Source: Candidatus Eiseniibacteriota bacterium
GTDB taxonomy: Bacteria; Eisenbacteria; RBG-16-71-46
Assembly: GCA_025360715.1 (NCBI GenBank)
Contig: JANYBS010000189.1
Location: 29,229-93,228, forward strand
Reading direction: 5' to 3'
Length of the DNA: 64,000 nucleotides
Shown one piece after another: positions 26,223 to 36,457 of this stretch; within the stretch, counting starts at the first letter, position 1, and each line of letters starts with the position of its first letter. The notes under the pieces were generated by a model. That model did not search any database and was not told where the DNA came from. It saw only the letters and a program-made list of their open reading frames with translations. The position numbers and the translations under genes were made by a program.

Positions 26223-28262
26223 TCACCAGATCTTCACGCGCACCGAGTCCGGGCGGTACATCTTGTCGCCCGGCTTCACACCGAACGCCTCATAGAAGTT
26301 CGTCTGGTTCGTCATCGGCCCCGTCACCCGCAGGAAGCTCGGGGAGTGCACGTCGGTCTTGACCCGCATCGCGATGTTCTCGGGACGGATCTCGCCCATC
26401 CAGCCGAGCGCCCATCCCACGTAGTAGCGCTGCGCCGGGGTGAGACCGCCGAGAGTCTTGTTCTGCTTGTACTGGTCGGTCTTCTTGAAGGCCTCCCAGC
26501 CGAGCACCATGCCGCCCAGGTCGGCGATGTTCTCGCCGGCGGTGGCGGCGCCGTTCACGTGCAGGTCGTTGACCGCGATGTAGTGGTTGAACTGGCGGAT
26601 GATGCTGGCCGCGCGCAGATTGAACTCCTTGCTATCTGCCGGCGTCCACCACTCTTTCAGATTGCCCTTCTCGTCGAACTGGCGGCCTTCGTCGTCGAAG
26701 CCATGCGTGATCTCGTGACCGATCGTCGTGCCGGCACCGTAGCCATAGACGACGGCGTCATCGACCAGCGAGTCCGCGATGCCGGGCAGGATGAAGATGG
26801 CTGCCGGCAGCACGATCTCGTTGTTGGACGGGTTGTAGTAGGCGTTGTACGTCTGCGGCGTCATGTCCCACTCGGTGCGGTCGACCGGCTTGCCGAGCTT
26901 GTTGATGTAGTAGTCGCTCTTCCACTTGTTGCCGCTGATGATGTCCTGCAGGAACGACTCGCGCGTGACAGCGAAGTTCGTGTAGTCACGCCACTTCGCG
27001 GGATAGCCGACCTTCTTCGTGACCGCGCCCAGCTTGACGAGCGCCTGCTTCTTGGTCGCCTCGCTCATCCAATCCAGGTTCTTGATGCGATCGCGGAACG
27101 CGTCGAAGACGTTGTTCGTGAGCTGCTCGTAGCGGGCTTTGGTCGCCGGCGAGAAGTAGTGGCTCACGTACAACTGGCCGAGCGCGTCGCCCAGATAGCC
27201 CTCTTCATAGTCGAGCATGCGCTTCCAGCGTGGGCGCTGGATCTTGGTGCCGTTCATGATCGTGCCGAAGTAGTGGAAGTCCTCCTGCTCGAACGCGCCA
27301 CCCGCATCCGAAGCGAACGTGCTCGCCAGGTGATAGCGCAGGTAGGTCTTCCACGCCGGGATCGTGCGCAGCGTGAGGCTCTTCTCGAGCTGACGGTAGA
27401 ACTCCGGCTGGCCGACGATCACCGAGTCGATGTTGCGGATGCCCTGCGCCTCGAAGAACGTCTTCCACTGGATGGTGGGCGTGAGCTTCTGCGCGCCCGC
27501 CATGCTCATGGCGTTGTAGTTCTTGATCGGGTCGCGCAGTGCTTCGAGCTTGCGCGAGGCCTTGGCCAGTTCGGTCTCGATCGCCATCACCGTCGCGGCG
27601 TTCACCTTGGCCTTGAGCGGGCTGTCGCCCAGCAATGTGAACATCCTGGCGACGTGTTTCACGTACTCGGTGCGCAGCATCGTGCCGCGCTTATCGGCAT
27701 CAAAGTAATAGTCACGATTCGGCAGACCCAGCCCGCCCTGATACAGGTGCAACGCGATGCGGTCGGAGTTCTTCTCGTCCTGCGAGATCCCCACCGAGCA
27801 CAGCGCGTCGACGCCCAGGTACTGCAGATGTGAGACCGCCGCGAGCAGCGAGCGCTTATCGGTGATCGTCGCGATCGTCGCGAACTCATCGGCGAGCGGC
27901 GCCATGCCGGTCCTGGCGATCGCGTCCGTGTCGATGCCGGCCGCCCAGAAGTCGCCGATCTTCTGCGCCGACGTGCCCGTCGCGGCATGCGCGGCGGCCG
28001 CTTCGTTGCTGATCGTGAGCAGGCGCTGGTACGTCTCTTCCTGCACGATGTTGCCGATGCCCCAGCCGCGCTCCGATGCCGGGATGGGATTCGCCTTGAG
28101 CCACTTACCCACCGAATAGTGAAAGAAGTCGTCGGCAGGATTGACGGACTTATCGATGAATTGGTCCAGATAGTGCTCGGCATCGACCGGCGTGCTCGCC
28201 GGCGCGGCGGCCATCAAGAACATGGCAGCCGGGATCAAAATCAGTAGCAGGCGCTTCTTCAT
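26223..28262 (-). CDS. M13 family metallopeptidase (PepO/neprilysin-like), exported
   Basis: Signal peptide; NAYY, HEITH, GENIAD, DVHSP. Confidence 0.95.
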   Translation of the reverse strand: MKKRLLLILIPAAMFLMAAAPASTPVDAEHYLDQFIDKSVNPADDFFHYSVGKWLKANPIPASERGWGIGNIVQEETYQRLLTISNEAAAAHAATGTSAQKIGDFWAAGIDTDAIARTGMAPLADEFATIATITDKRSLLAAVSHLQYLGVDALCSVGISQDEKNSDRIALHLYQGGLGLPNRDYYFDADKRGTMLRTEYVKHVARMFTLLGDSPLKAKVNAATVMAIETELAKASRKLEALRDPIKNYNAMSMAGAQKLTPTIQWKTFFEAQGIRNIDSVIVGQPEFYRQLEKSLTLRTIPAWKTYLRYHLASTFASDAGGAFEQEDFHYFGTIMNGTKIQRPRWKRMLDYEEGYLGDALGQLYVSHYFSPATKARYEQLTNNVFDAFRDRIKNLDWMSEATKKQALVKLGAVTKKVGYPAKWRDYTNFAVTRESFLQDIISGNKWKSDYYINKLGKPVDRTEWDMTPQTYNAYYNPSNNEIVLPAAIFILPGIADSLVDDAVVYGYGAGTTIGHEITHGFDDEGRQFDEKGNLKEWWTPADSKEFNLRAASIIRQFNHYIAVNDLHVNGAATAGENIADLGGMVLGWEAFKKTDQYKQNKTLGGLTPAQRYYVGWALGWMGEIRPENIAMRVKTDVHSPSFLRVTGPMTNQTNFYEAFGVKPGDKMYRPDSVRVKIW

Positions 28263-28424
28263 GAACGTGCCTCCAGAGCGGGCGGGTGGAGAGGACAGCG
28301 ATGGCCGCAGGCTAGTCCCCGCCGGGCCGCGAGTCCACGCCGCCACGTACCGCTTCCCCGTCCCACGCGCCGAGCGCCGCGAAAGCGGCGCCGGGCGCTG
28401 GAGAGACGGCTTCCGAAAACGTGA

Positions 28425-31400
28425 TCAACGCAGCTTGACCACCTTGCCATCGAGCCTCAGACGGGGGCTGCGCAGGCGCAGGAAGTAGATGCCGCTCGGG
28501 GAGATCTGGCCATGCGCATCGCGCCCGTCCCACGTGACCGACTGTTGGCCGGCGGCCATGCGCCCGTGCTGCAGCGATCGGACCTGGCGGCCGACCAAGT
28601 CGTACACGCCGAGCTCCACGTCGTCCGGTTGCGCGAGCGTGAACGCGATCACCGCACCCGCAGCGAATGGGTTCGGCGCCGCGGAGAGCCGCGCGCTGTC
28701 GGTGAAGCCCGGTGGCACGCTGCTGACGCCATCGCCCGTGGGCACGCTCTGGATGGGCACGCTGCACAGCGGCACGAACGTGCCGTCGCCGTCGGTGTCG
28801 GCCTCGAAGACGATCGAGTAGAGCGCGTTCGGGTCGTAACCGCGCGGCGTGCTCACGAACACTTGCGCGATGTCATTCCCGTTCGGGCCCGCGTGCGCGA
28901 GGCCCGTGACCGGCTCGCCCGGCGGCAGGCCATTCAGGCTCACCTCCAGCGGGTCGGCATGATCCGCGCTTTCATACTGCGCGACCATGCGCCACGGCAT
29001 GGCCGACGTCGCACACGGATTGCCGATGTCGATGCCGATGACGATACCGCTCGTCTTCACGCGCGCGGGCACGTTCACGATGCCGCCGGTGAGCGGTGTC
29101 ACACACCAGCAGGTGTTATCGGCAGCGAGCGTGGACGTCACGGTCCGGCACTGCCCGGTGCTGTCGTTGACCAGCGTCACGGCAAAGCACGACGTGGCGC
29201 CCTGCGCGGTGAGCCCCGTGGGCCGCGGGATCACGATGCAGATATTCGCCGAACAGGTGCCTGGGGGCACCGAGATCGTACCCGCACTCGGACTGAACGT
29301 GACCGGGCCCGGCACGCTGCAACCTGCGCCCACGGGCAGCCCCGAGGCGGACCAGTGATAGTTCTGCGTGGTCGTGGTGGCGTTGCACACGTTGAAGCAC
29401 ACCGTGACCTGCGTCGTGCTCTTGCAGTAAGTGGTCACGACGGGCATGCGGATGAAATCGCGACACTTGCCCGTGGCACCCGAGGCATAGATCGCCTGCA
29501 CGCTCGCCGCAGGCAGGATCGCGTTGAAGATCTCGAGTTCGTCCACGCAGCCTGCGAGACTCGCAGGCCCCGCCTGCGGCTGGAACGCCGGGCTGGCATG
29601 GCCCAGGTAGAGATCGGCCGCAGTCGTGACCGAACCGGTGAGCGGCGTGAAGTTGAACGCGCCCTGCACGGCGCCGTTCACGTACCAGCGGCCCTGGATG
29701 TTCGAGCGCCCGACCGAGACCGCAAAGTGACTCCACACCGACGCCGGCACGGCAGGCCCGGGATAGATCGCAGTGGCGCTGCCATTGCCCACTTCGAGGA
29801 AGAGTTGGTTGCCATTCAGGTAGACCGCCCAACCACGCGTGATGTAGGGACCCGCAGAGATCAACACTCGCTTCTCCGCGATCATGCGCGGGCCGGCGCC
29901 ACCGGCGCTGGGCCGCACCCAGGCGTCGAACGAGAAATCGCTGGTACCCAATGTGAGTCCGGTCTGTGCCGCATTCGCGACGCGCGCATAGTCGAGTTCA
30001 CTCGCGAAGCAGAGCGCGCGTGCCACTTCACCGCCGGCGCTGATCGCCGCGCCACCCACCAACTGCAGCACGTTGCCGGAAGGGCTCAGGTGCACGAGAT
30101 CGGCGGCCGTCGTGGAGCCGGCCGGTTCGTCGAACGGCCACCACGCGACCATGCCCGGCGGCGGCGTGACGCATGCGCCGCCGTTGCACGCATAGTTGCC
30201 GAAGTCCTGGCCGGCCACGGTCTGCCCGGCCCCGAGCGTGATCGTGTAGCCACCATTGGCGGGCAACGTATTCGTGTAACCCGCGACCCCGATCTCGCCC
30301 ACGCCATAGGTGCCGGGCGTGAGGTTCGAGAAGCAGTAGTGACCGTTCGCATCGGTGGTGGCGATTTGTGCCCCTCCAGGTCCGGCGAGCTGGATCTGCC
30401 AGCCCGACGCCGCGGGTTCGCCGGTGTCGTGCACGCCATTATGATTCAGGTCCATGAACTTGAAGCCGCAGATCTGGCCAGTGCCGGTCTCGCGGCACCC
30501 GGGCACCTCGATGTCGCCCACGTTCGTCTTGTCGTAAATGGTCGTGTCGCCATCGGCATCGATCAAGAGCGAGTTCGTGAGGTCGCCGCCGCCGGGCCGG
30601 AAGCCCTGGAACCCGTAGATCACATCGGTATATGGGGCATTGCCATGGATGTAGTCCGAGCTTCCCCAGATGCGGCCGACGGTGCTGCCGGTGAAGGCGT
30701 GTCCGTCGTAGTCACAGCCTCCGGCCGAGTTCAGGCCTTGCAGCTGGCCGGTGCGGAAGGTGTCGGCGGGCGCCCAGCAATTATTGGCGCACTGGAACTC
30801 CAGCAAGCGGGAGACATGCGCGGTCGGGTAGGTCTCGTTGGTCATGCTGTGCTCGGCCAGGAGCATGCGGCCGCTCGAGGAGAAGCTTATGTCCGAGACC
30901 GGGCTGGAGAACGGCGTGTTGCCGAAGTTGCCCAGTGGCAACGAGGGTACGAAGAGTTCGTGCTGATCTGTGGCAGCCATGAAATTGCCCGCCGCCGCGA
31001 TCTGCACACTGCGGATCTCGTTCGCGGCTGACGCGCTAGGACGCGTAAGGTCTTCGGCCCATACGCTGTAGAAGAGCCGGTTGGCGTGGATCTGCACGGC
31101 CCAGAGCCTTTCGCCCAGCGGCGCCCAGCCAGGTGTCCCCGAAGGCAGCAGGTAGTTGGTGGGGCCGCCATCCGGGCCCAGCGGATCGAACACGCCGACG
31201 ACGGTTCCCGTGGGTCCATTCACGCCGACAGGCTTGATGCGATAGATGCGGCCGTCTTCCATGTTCGTCACGAAGAACTGCTTGTGCGCGCAATCGTAAG
31301 TGATGTTGCCAAGGCCGGGATAGGCATCGGGCGAGCTGTAGTTCGGATCCGCATAATTGGGCAGTCGCACGAATGTCGTGATCTTGCCGGTGTTGCCATC

Positions 31401-31883
31401 GATGCGATACACCGCGCCGGGCCCGCCACCGAACACGTTGCCGGTGGAGTCGCTCGAGTAGCACGACGTGTGGCAGACGAAGATATTGCCATACTCATCG
31501 AGCGTGAGGCCGAACACCGTGCCAAGCGAATCCACATTCCAGGTGTTGCCCGGCCCGTGATAACGCAGCACGCTCACCCAGTTGTGGTCCTCGAGCGGCG
31601 ACGGCGGGGTGCTGCCCAGGTCGTAGATGGTCACGCAGTACGGATGTGTGAGCAGCGGGTCGTTCGTCGTCACGAGCACGTTGGGCGAGAACGCAGGAGC
31701 CTCCGCGCCATGGAGCGGCGGCTGCACCGAGCAGCAGGTGTCGGGAACAAGCGTGCAGGTCTCGCACGTGGCCGAGGCGCCAGGCCGCAGGATCACGGCG
31801 GCATCGGCATGATTCGGGAAGCACGGCAGGCACGCGCCGATGAGCAGCGAGCCGATCAGCACAGCGTGGGGCGGGCGGATCAT
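28425..31883 (-). CDS. Large secreted mosaic protein: propeller-like / SdrD-B / LamG / Cys-rich / FlgD-like CTD
   Basis: Signal peptide; CGFKFMDLNHNGVHDTGE (SdrD-B); VAWWPFDE...GCVDELEIFN (LamG); APNPF...VYDLVGR...WDGRD...SGIYFLRL. Confidence 0.8.
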   Translation of the reverse strand: MIRPPHAVLIGSLLIGACLPCFPNHADAAVILRPGASATCETCTLVPDTCCSVQPPLHGAEAPAFSPNVLVTTNDPLLTHPYCVTIYDLGSTPPSPLEDHNWVSVLRYHGPGNTWNVDSLGTVFGLTLDEYGNIFVCHTSCYSSDSTGNVFGGGPGAVYRIDGNTGKITTFVRLPNYADPNYSSPDAYPGLGNITYDCAHKQFFVTNMEDGRIYRIKPVGVNGPTGTVVGVFDPLGPDGGPTNYLLPSGTPGWAPLGERLWAVQIHANRLFYSVWAEDLTRPSASAANEIRSVQIAAAGNFMAATDQHELFVPSLPLGNFGNTPFSSPVSDISFSSSGRMLLAEHSMTNETYPTAHVSRLLEFQCANNCWAPADTFRTGQLQGLNSAGGCDYDGHAFTGSTVGRIWGSSDYIHGNAPYTDVIYGFQGFRPGGGDLTNSLLIDADGDTTIYDKTNVGDIEVPGCRETGTGQICGFKFMDLNHNGVHDTGEPAASGWQIQLAGPGGAQIATTDANGHYCFSNLTPGTYGVGEIGVAGYTNTLPANGGYTITLGAGQTVAGQDFGNYACNGGACVTPPPGMVAWWPFDEPAGSTTAADLVHLSPSGNVLQLVGGAAISAGGEVARALCFASELDYARVANAAQTGLTLGTSDFSFDAWVRPSAGGAGPRMIAEKRVLISAGPYITRGWAVYLNGNQLFLEVGNGSATAIYPGPAVPASVWSHFAVSVGRSNIQGRWYVNGAVQGAFNFTPLTGSVTTAADLYLGHASPAFQPQAGPASLAGCVDELEIFNAILPAASVQAIYASGATGKCRDFIRMPVVTTYCKSTTQVTVCFNVCNATTTTQNYHWSASGLPVGAGCSVPGPVTFSPSAGTISVPPGTCSANICIVIPRPTGLTAQGATSCFAVTLVNDSTGQCRTVTSTLAADNTCWCVTPLTGGIVNVPARVKTSGIVIGIDIGNPCATSAMPWRMVAQYESADHADPLEVSLNGLPPGEPVTGLAHAGPNGNDIAQVFVSTPRGYDPNALYSIVFEADTDGDGTFVPLCSVPIQSVPTGDGVSSVPPGFTDSARLSAAPNPFAAGAVIAFTLAQPDDVELGVYDLVGRQVRSLQHGRMAAGQQSVTWDGRDAHGQISPSGIYFLRLRSPRLRLDGKVVKLR

Positions 31884-32078
31884 GGAGTCCTCGGAGAAAG
31901 AGTGAGGGCTTTGCGTGCCGAGGCCAACAGCAAGTGGCGTCGCGATCATCCGGCATGAGCCTGAAGGATTACGCGCCGCGAATCGAGAACGAACATTTGA
32001 CGGGGCCAACTTCGAGAGCGGAGAACCGGCAAGTCGCCGGAAGTATCGGTGTTCGCCGCGGAGGACTCGGTTGGATCC

Positions 32079-33389
32079 TCAGCGCTGAGGCGGCGGCTCT
32101 TTCGCATCCGACGCTGCGGGCTTGCGGTACCACGTGCGGCCCACCAACTCATCCGGCAAGTGCTGCTGGGCGGCGGCGCCCTCGGGGTCGTCGTGCGCGT
32201 ACGCGTAGCCGGAACCGTAGCCAAGGTCCTTCATGAGCTTGGTGGGCGCGTTGCGGATCACGAGCGGCGGCGGCAGCGAGCCGCTCTCCTCCACCTCGGC
32301 CATCACGCCCTTGAATGCCACGTAGACCGCGTTCGACTTGGGCGCGAGCGCCAGATGCGTCACGCATTGCGCGAGCGCCAGCTCGCCTTCCGGGCTGCCC
32401 AGCTGGTGATACGCTTGGAACGCGGCCGTCGCCACGAGCAGTGCCTGCGGATCGGCCTGCCCCACGTCCTCGCTGGCGAAGCGCACCAGCCGGCGCCCGA
32501 TGTACAGCGGGTCCTCGCCCGCGGCGAGCATGCGTGCGAACCAATAGAGCCCCGCATCCACATCGGAATCACGCAGGCTCTTGTGCAGCGCGCTCATGAG
32601 GTTGAAATGCTCCTCCCCCGCTTTGTCGTAGCGCAGATGCTTGCGCGACAGGGCCTCGCGCACGTCCTCGGCCGTGATGCCGCGGCCTTGCGCTTCGGCC
32701 GACGCAGCGGCGATCTCGAGCGTCGTGAGCGCGCGGCGCGCGTCACCATCGGCGGCGGCCGCGAGCAGGTCGAGCGCTTCACTCTCGACCAAGAGCTTGC
32801 CGCCCAGACCACGCGGGTCGCTCACCGCGCGCTCGAGCATGGTGCGCACGTCGGGCGCCTTGAGCTCCTTGAGCACGAGCACGCGGGCTCTCGAGAGAAG
32901 CGCCGAGTTCACCTCGAAGCTGGGATTCTCGGTCGTGGCGCCGATGAACACGATGTCGCCGCGCTCCACGTGCGCGAGGAATGCGTCCTGCTGCGACTTG
33001 TTGAAGCGATGGATCTCGTCGACGAACAGGATCGTCGCCTTGCCCGTGCGCTTGCGATGCTGGGCCGCGCGGTCCATGAGCTCTTTGACCTCTTTCACTC
33101 CCGACAGCACCGCCGAGAGCTGCACGAACGGCGCGCCCGACGTGCGCGCGATCAGTCGCGCGATGGTCGTCTTGCCGGTGCCGGGAGGGCCCCAGAGCAC
33201 GATGCTCGAAAGGTGCCGCCCTTCGCGCATGAGCGAGACCGGGCTACCCTTGTGCAGCAGGTGTTCCTGGCCGACCAGGTCCTCGAAGCGCTGCGGGCGC
33301 ATGCGGTCCGCGAGCGGCGCCGTGCTGTTCGTCTCCTCAGGCAGTGCGCCGTAACCGGGCACCGCAGGATCATCGCCGAACAGGCTCAT
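32079..33389 (-). CDS. rarA: Replication-associated recombination protein A
   Basis: PLADRMRP, WGPPGTGKTT, DEIHRFNKSQQD, ATTENPSF, SALHKSLR. Confidence 0.96.
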   Translation of the reverse strand: MSLFGDDPAVPGYGALPEETNSTAPLADRMRPQRFEDLVGQEHLLHKGSPVSLMREGRHLSSIVLWGPPGTGKTTIARLIARTSGAPFVQLSAVLSGVKEVKELMDRAAQHRKRTGKATILFVDEIHRFNKSQQDAFLAHVERGDIVFIGATTENPSFEVNSALLSRARVLVLKELKAPDVRTMLERAVSDPRGLGGKLLVESEALDLLAAAADGDARRALTTLEIAAASAEAQGRGITAEDVREALSRKHLRYDKAGEEHFNLMSALHKSLRDSDVDAGLYWFARMLAAGEDPLYIGRRLVRFASEDVGQADPQALLVATAAFQAYHQLGSPEGELALAQCVTHLALAPKSNAVYVAFKGVMAEVEESGSLPPPLVIRNAPTKLMKDLGYGSGYAYAHDDPEGAAAQQHLPDELVGRTWYRKPAASDAKEPPPQR

Positions 33390-34237
33390 GCGCCGGCCGC
33401 TCTTGCGCGCACCGCGGCCGCGATCAGCGCCGCGGCCTCTTCCACACGGGCGGGCCGGCCCAGTGGCAGGCCGAGCGCCTCGAGCTGCTGGAAGAGCTCG
33501 GCCAGTACCGGCGGCTCGAGGTTGGTGGCCTTGAGCAGCGCGACGTCGCGGAAGATGGCCTCCGGGGAACCCTGCGCCACGATCTCGCCACCGCGCTTGA
33601 GCACGTAGACCTTGTCGGCGAGCGGTGCGACGAGTGGCACGTCGTGCGTGGCGATCACAAGCGAGACGCCGTGCTCGCGGTTCAAGCGGTTGAGCAGGTC
33701 CAACAACTCGCTGCGCGAGGCCGGATCGAGGCCCTCGAAGGGCTCATCGAGCACGAGCAGTTCGGGGTCCAGCACCGTCGCGCCGGCGAGCGCGACCTTG
33801 CGCTTCTCGCCTCCGGAGAGGTAGTGGCAGACCTTGTGCCGCAGGTGTTCGATGCCCACGCGCCGCAGCGCCGCGGTGACCTTCTGCTCCACCTCGGCCT
33901 CGGTGTAGCCGTAGTTGCGCGGGCTGAACGAGACGTCATCGAACACCGTGGGCGCGATGATCTGCTCATCGGCGTTCTGCAGCAGCACACCCACACGTTC
34001 GCGGATCTTGCTGAATTGCTTGGCCGGGTCCACGCCGAAGACCTGCACGCTGCCTTCCTGCGGTGCGAGCAGTCCCAGGATGTGAAACAGCAACGTGCTC
34101 TTGCCGCAGCCGTTGGGCCCGAGGATCACCACGCGCTGGCCGCGCTCGACCACGAAGTCGAGGCCGCACAGATGCACACTCGTGCGATCGGGATAAGTGT
34201 GACGCACACACGAGACGTGGACGATCGGTTCGCTCAT
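33386..34237 (-). CDS. cbiO: ECF transporter ATPase (CbiO/NikO-like)
   Basis: GPNGCGKST, PTVFDDVSF, LSGGEKRK, LDEP. Confidence 0.88.
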   Translation of the reverse strand: MSEPIVHVSCVRHTYPDRTSVHLCGLDFVVERGQRVVILGPNGCGKSTLLFHILGLLAPQEGSVQVFGVDPAKQFSKIRERVGVLLQNADEQIIAPTVFDDVSFSPRNYGYTEAEVEQKVTAALRRVGIEHLRHKVCHYLSGGEKRKVALAGATVLDPELLVLDEPFEGLDPASRSELLDLLNRLNREHGVSLVIATHDVPLVAPLADKVYVLKRGGEIVAQGSPEAIFRDVALLKATNLEPPVLAELFQQLEALGLPLGRPARVEEAAALIAAAVRARAAGA

Positions 34238-34959
34238 CGGGCTCCCCAGCCTGCGAAGACGACCGTCACGGCGATCGACCATACCCCAAGGACCAGCACC
34301 CAGCCGTCCTCGCGCGTGAACTCCAGATAGTGCCGGCAGCCGCAGATGCGGCCCGAGTGACCGCGCAGCAGCATCGCCTGGTACAGGCGCTGGCTGCGGT
34401 CGAAGCCCGAGAGCACGACCGTGCCGACCGCCTCGCCCATGCGATTCGCGCGCTGCGGCAACGGACCGGTGAGTGCGCCGCGCAGGAACATGGCACGCGA
34501 GAGCCGTTCGATGCGTGAGAGCAGCGCGAACACCGCCCGGTAGGTGAGAAACAGGCTGTCGCCCACCACGCGCGGCAGCATGCGCGATATCGGCGCGAAC
34601 AAGTCCGGGTATGGCGTGGTGCCCACGAGCCAGAGCGCCGTCACACTCGCGATCACCGGACGCATCGCGAGCGTGGCGATCGACGCGGCGCCGGCGCCCC
34701 AGTGCGCGAGCAGGAAGAGCCCGGCGAAGAAGAGCGGTGTGGTCATGGCCGCCCCGAGCAGCCGCCACGGCAGCCCGGCGCTCAACACGAGCGCGATGAC
34801 CGTTACGAGCAGCGCCGCGAGCACGCGCCACTGCGGCATGAACACCGCCAACAGCACCAGCAGCATGGCGAGCACGAGTTTGCCGAGCGCGCTCGCGCGA
34901 TGCCACCGCGTGCGGCCGCTGCAGGCGAGGTAGTCGATCTGGGCGAAGGTATTGAGCAT
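34234..34959 (-). CDS. cbiQ: ECF transporter T component (CbiQ/NikQ-like)
   Basis: KLVLA TM start, TYRAVF, AMLLRGH. Confidence 0.85.
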   Translation of the reverse strand: MLNTFAQIDYLACSGRTRWHRASALGKLVLAMLLVLLAVFMPQWRVLAALLVTVIALVLSAGLPWRLLGAAMTTPLFFAGLFLLAHWGAGAASIATLAMRPVIASVTALWLVGTTPYPDLFAPISRMLPRVVGDSLFLTYRAVFALLSRIERLSRAMFLRGALTGPLPQRANRMGEAVGTVVLSGFDRSQRLYQAMLLRGHSGRICGCRHYLEFTREDGWVLVLGVWSIAVTVVFAGWGAR

Positions 34960-34967
34960 GGGGATGG

Positions 34968-35693
34968 CTAGAACCTTCCGGCTTCGGGGGGCCGGCCCGT
35001 TCCGGATGGCGCCGATGCCGCAGGCACGGAAGATGGCAACAGATCCGGGCGCACGCGAGAGAGGAAGCGCGCGAGCCCGAAGCCCAGCATGGACTCGATC
35101 GCCACGGCCGCCAACATGAGCACGGCGACGATCGCCGCCACGCTGCCGCCGGCGAGGAAGCGTAAGCCCTCGCGTACCTGCTGCTGCACGGCGAGGCCCG
35201 GCGTGAGCCGCACGCTCGCCCACAACACCACCACCCACAGCAGACTCGAGAACACCTGGCTGACCGCCGTGGCGATGGCCATGGCGGCGGCCGGCGAACG
35301 CCGCGCGGCCACGGCGCGCAGGTACACGGGTCGCGCGGTGGCCGCGCCGGCGCCGAGCACCAGCGCGTTCAGGCCGATGACCGTGAAGCCGCCCTGACCC
35401 ATGAGCGCCAGGATGAGCGTGACGACGAGGCTCACCTGGAACGCTGCGCCGGCGCCGAGCAGCACGCCGACCGGACCGGCCAGCGTCATGCAGTAGTCGA
35501 ACGCCGTGATGGGTATGGGGATCGCCATGACCGCCAGCATGATGCCACCGAGCGCACTCTGGTAGGCGATCTGTTGGGGGCCTGCTCCGCGCGTGGCATG
35601 CACGGCGGCGAGCAGCGCGAGGAACGCCAGGACGAGCCCGGCGATCCACAACTGCGGCGGCAGTACGCCATCGGGGATATGCAGATGGGACAA
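34968..35693 (-). CDS. cbiM: ECF S component CbiM/NikM family
   Basis: TTG start, HLHIPDGVL; GGFTVIGLN. Confidence 0.85.
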   Translation of the reverse strand: MSHLHIPDGVLPPQLWIAGLVLAFLALLAAVHATRGAGPQQIAYQSALGGIMLAVMAIPIPITAFDYCMTLAGPVGVLLGAGAAFQVSLVVTLILALMGQGGFTVIGLNALVLGAGAATARPVYLRAVAARRSPAAAMAIATAVSQVFSSLLWVVVLWASVRLTPGLAVQQQVREGLRFLAGGSVAAIVAVLMLAAVAIESMLGFGLARFLSRVRPDLLPSSVPAASAPSGTGRPPEAGRF

Positions 35694-35740
35694 GAGCTTG
35701 GGCCTCGGGCAATCGAATGTGGATGAACCGCGCGAGCGGC

Positions 35741-36457
35741 TTACTGCGCGAAGGCGAGCGTGACGCCGCTGGCCTGCGCCCCCGCCTCGGCGAGGGCGCC
35801 GAGGCAGGCCTGCATGGTGTTGCCGGTCGTGAGCACGTCATCCACGACCAGCACCCGCCGGCCATGAAGCCGCGCCGGAAGCATGACCTTGAATGCGCCA
35901 CTCACGTTCTGCCGGCGATCGCGTTGCCCGAGCCGGGCTTGGGGCGCCGTGGCGCGGATTCTCAGGATCGCGCCGAAAGCGCGCGGCACCGAGATGGCCT
36001 CGGCAAGAGCGTCCGCGAGCATCGCAGCCTGATTGTAACCGCGTTCGCGTTCGCGCGCCGGGTGCAGCGGCATCTCAAGGACGAGGTCTGGCCGCGGGCC
36101 GCCGGCCGGGAGCGCCCCCGCCAGAACGCCCCCCAGCGCCGAGGCGAGCTGCGGCCGGCCATCATATTTGAGCGCCTGCACGACCGCCGCCGCGGCGTCG
36201 TCGTAGACCCAAGCGCTTGCCACCTGGGCATGCGGATGCCGCAGGCAGGCATACGGCGCATCGCCGCGCACAAGACAGGTGGCGCAGAGCGCCGCGGGCG
36301 CTTGCGGAATGCGCGCGAGGCACGGCTCGCACAGCACGCTCGCCGCGTTCGCGGGGGCCCCGCAGCACGCACAGCGCTGAGGCAGGACGAACTCGAGCAG
36401 CGGCGCCAGGACATGCGCGCGCAGGCCCGCGGCGAGCATGCGAGGCTGCAGGTTCAT
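35741..36457 (-). CDS. comF: ComF family protein (zinc ribbon plus PRTase)
   Basis: CACC, CEPC, CATC; RGYNQA; LVVDDVLTTG. Confidence 0.92.
   Translation of the reverse strand: MNLQPRMLAAGLRAHVLAPLLEFVLPQRCACCGAPANAASVLCEPCLARIPQAPAALCATCLVRGDAPYACLRHPHAQVASAWVYDDAAAAVVQALKYDGRPQLASALGGVLAGALPAGGPRPDLVLEMPLHPARERERGYNQAAMLADALAEAISVPRAFGAILRIRATAPQARLGQRDRRQNVSGAFKVMLPARLHGRRVLVVDDVLTTGNTMQACLGALAEAGAQASGVTLAFAQ

Noticed and set aside
25969-26226. 85-aa ORF downstream of pepO
   Set aside because: Runs through a strong terminator hairpin, no motif, no SD
28374-28391. GCGCCGC-GAAA-GCGGCGC hairpin as an ncRNA
   Set aside because: Isolated short stem just after a stop codon; more likely a weak terminator or stabiliser
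35694-35740. Cobalamin riboswitch before cbiM (also considered before the TBDR)
   Set aside because: Only 47 nt available before cbiM; no B12-box-like sequence seen in either leader
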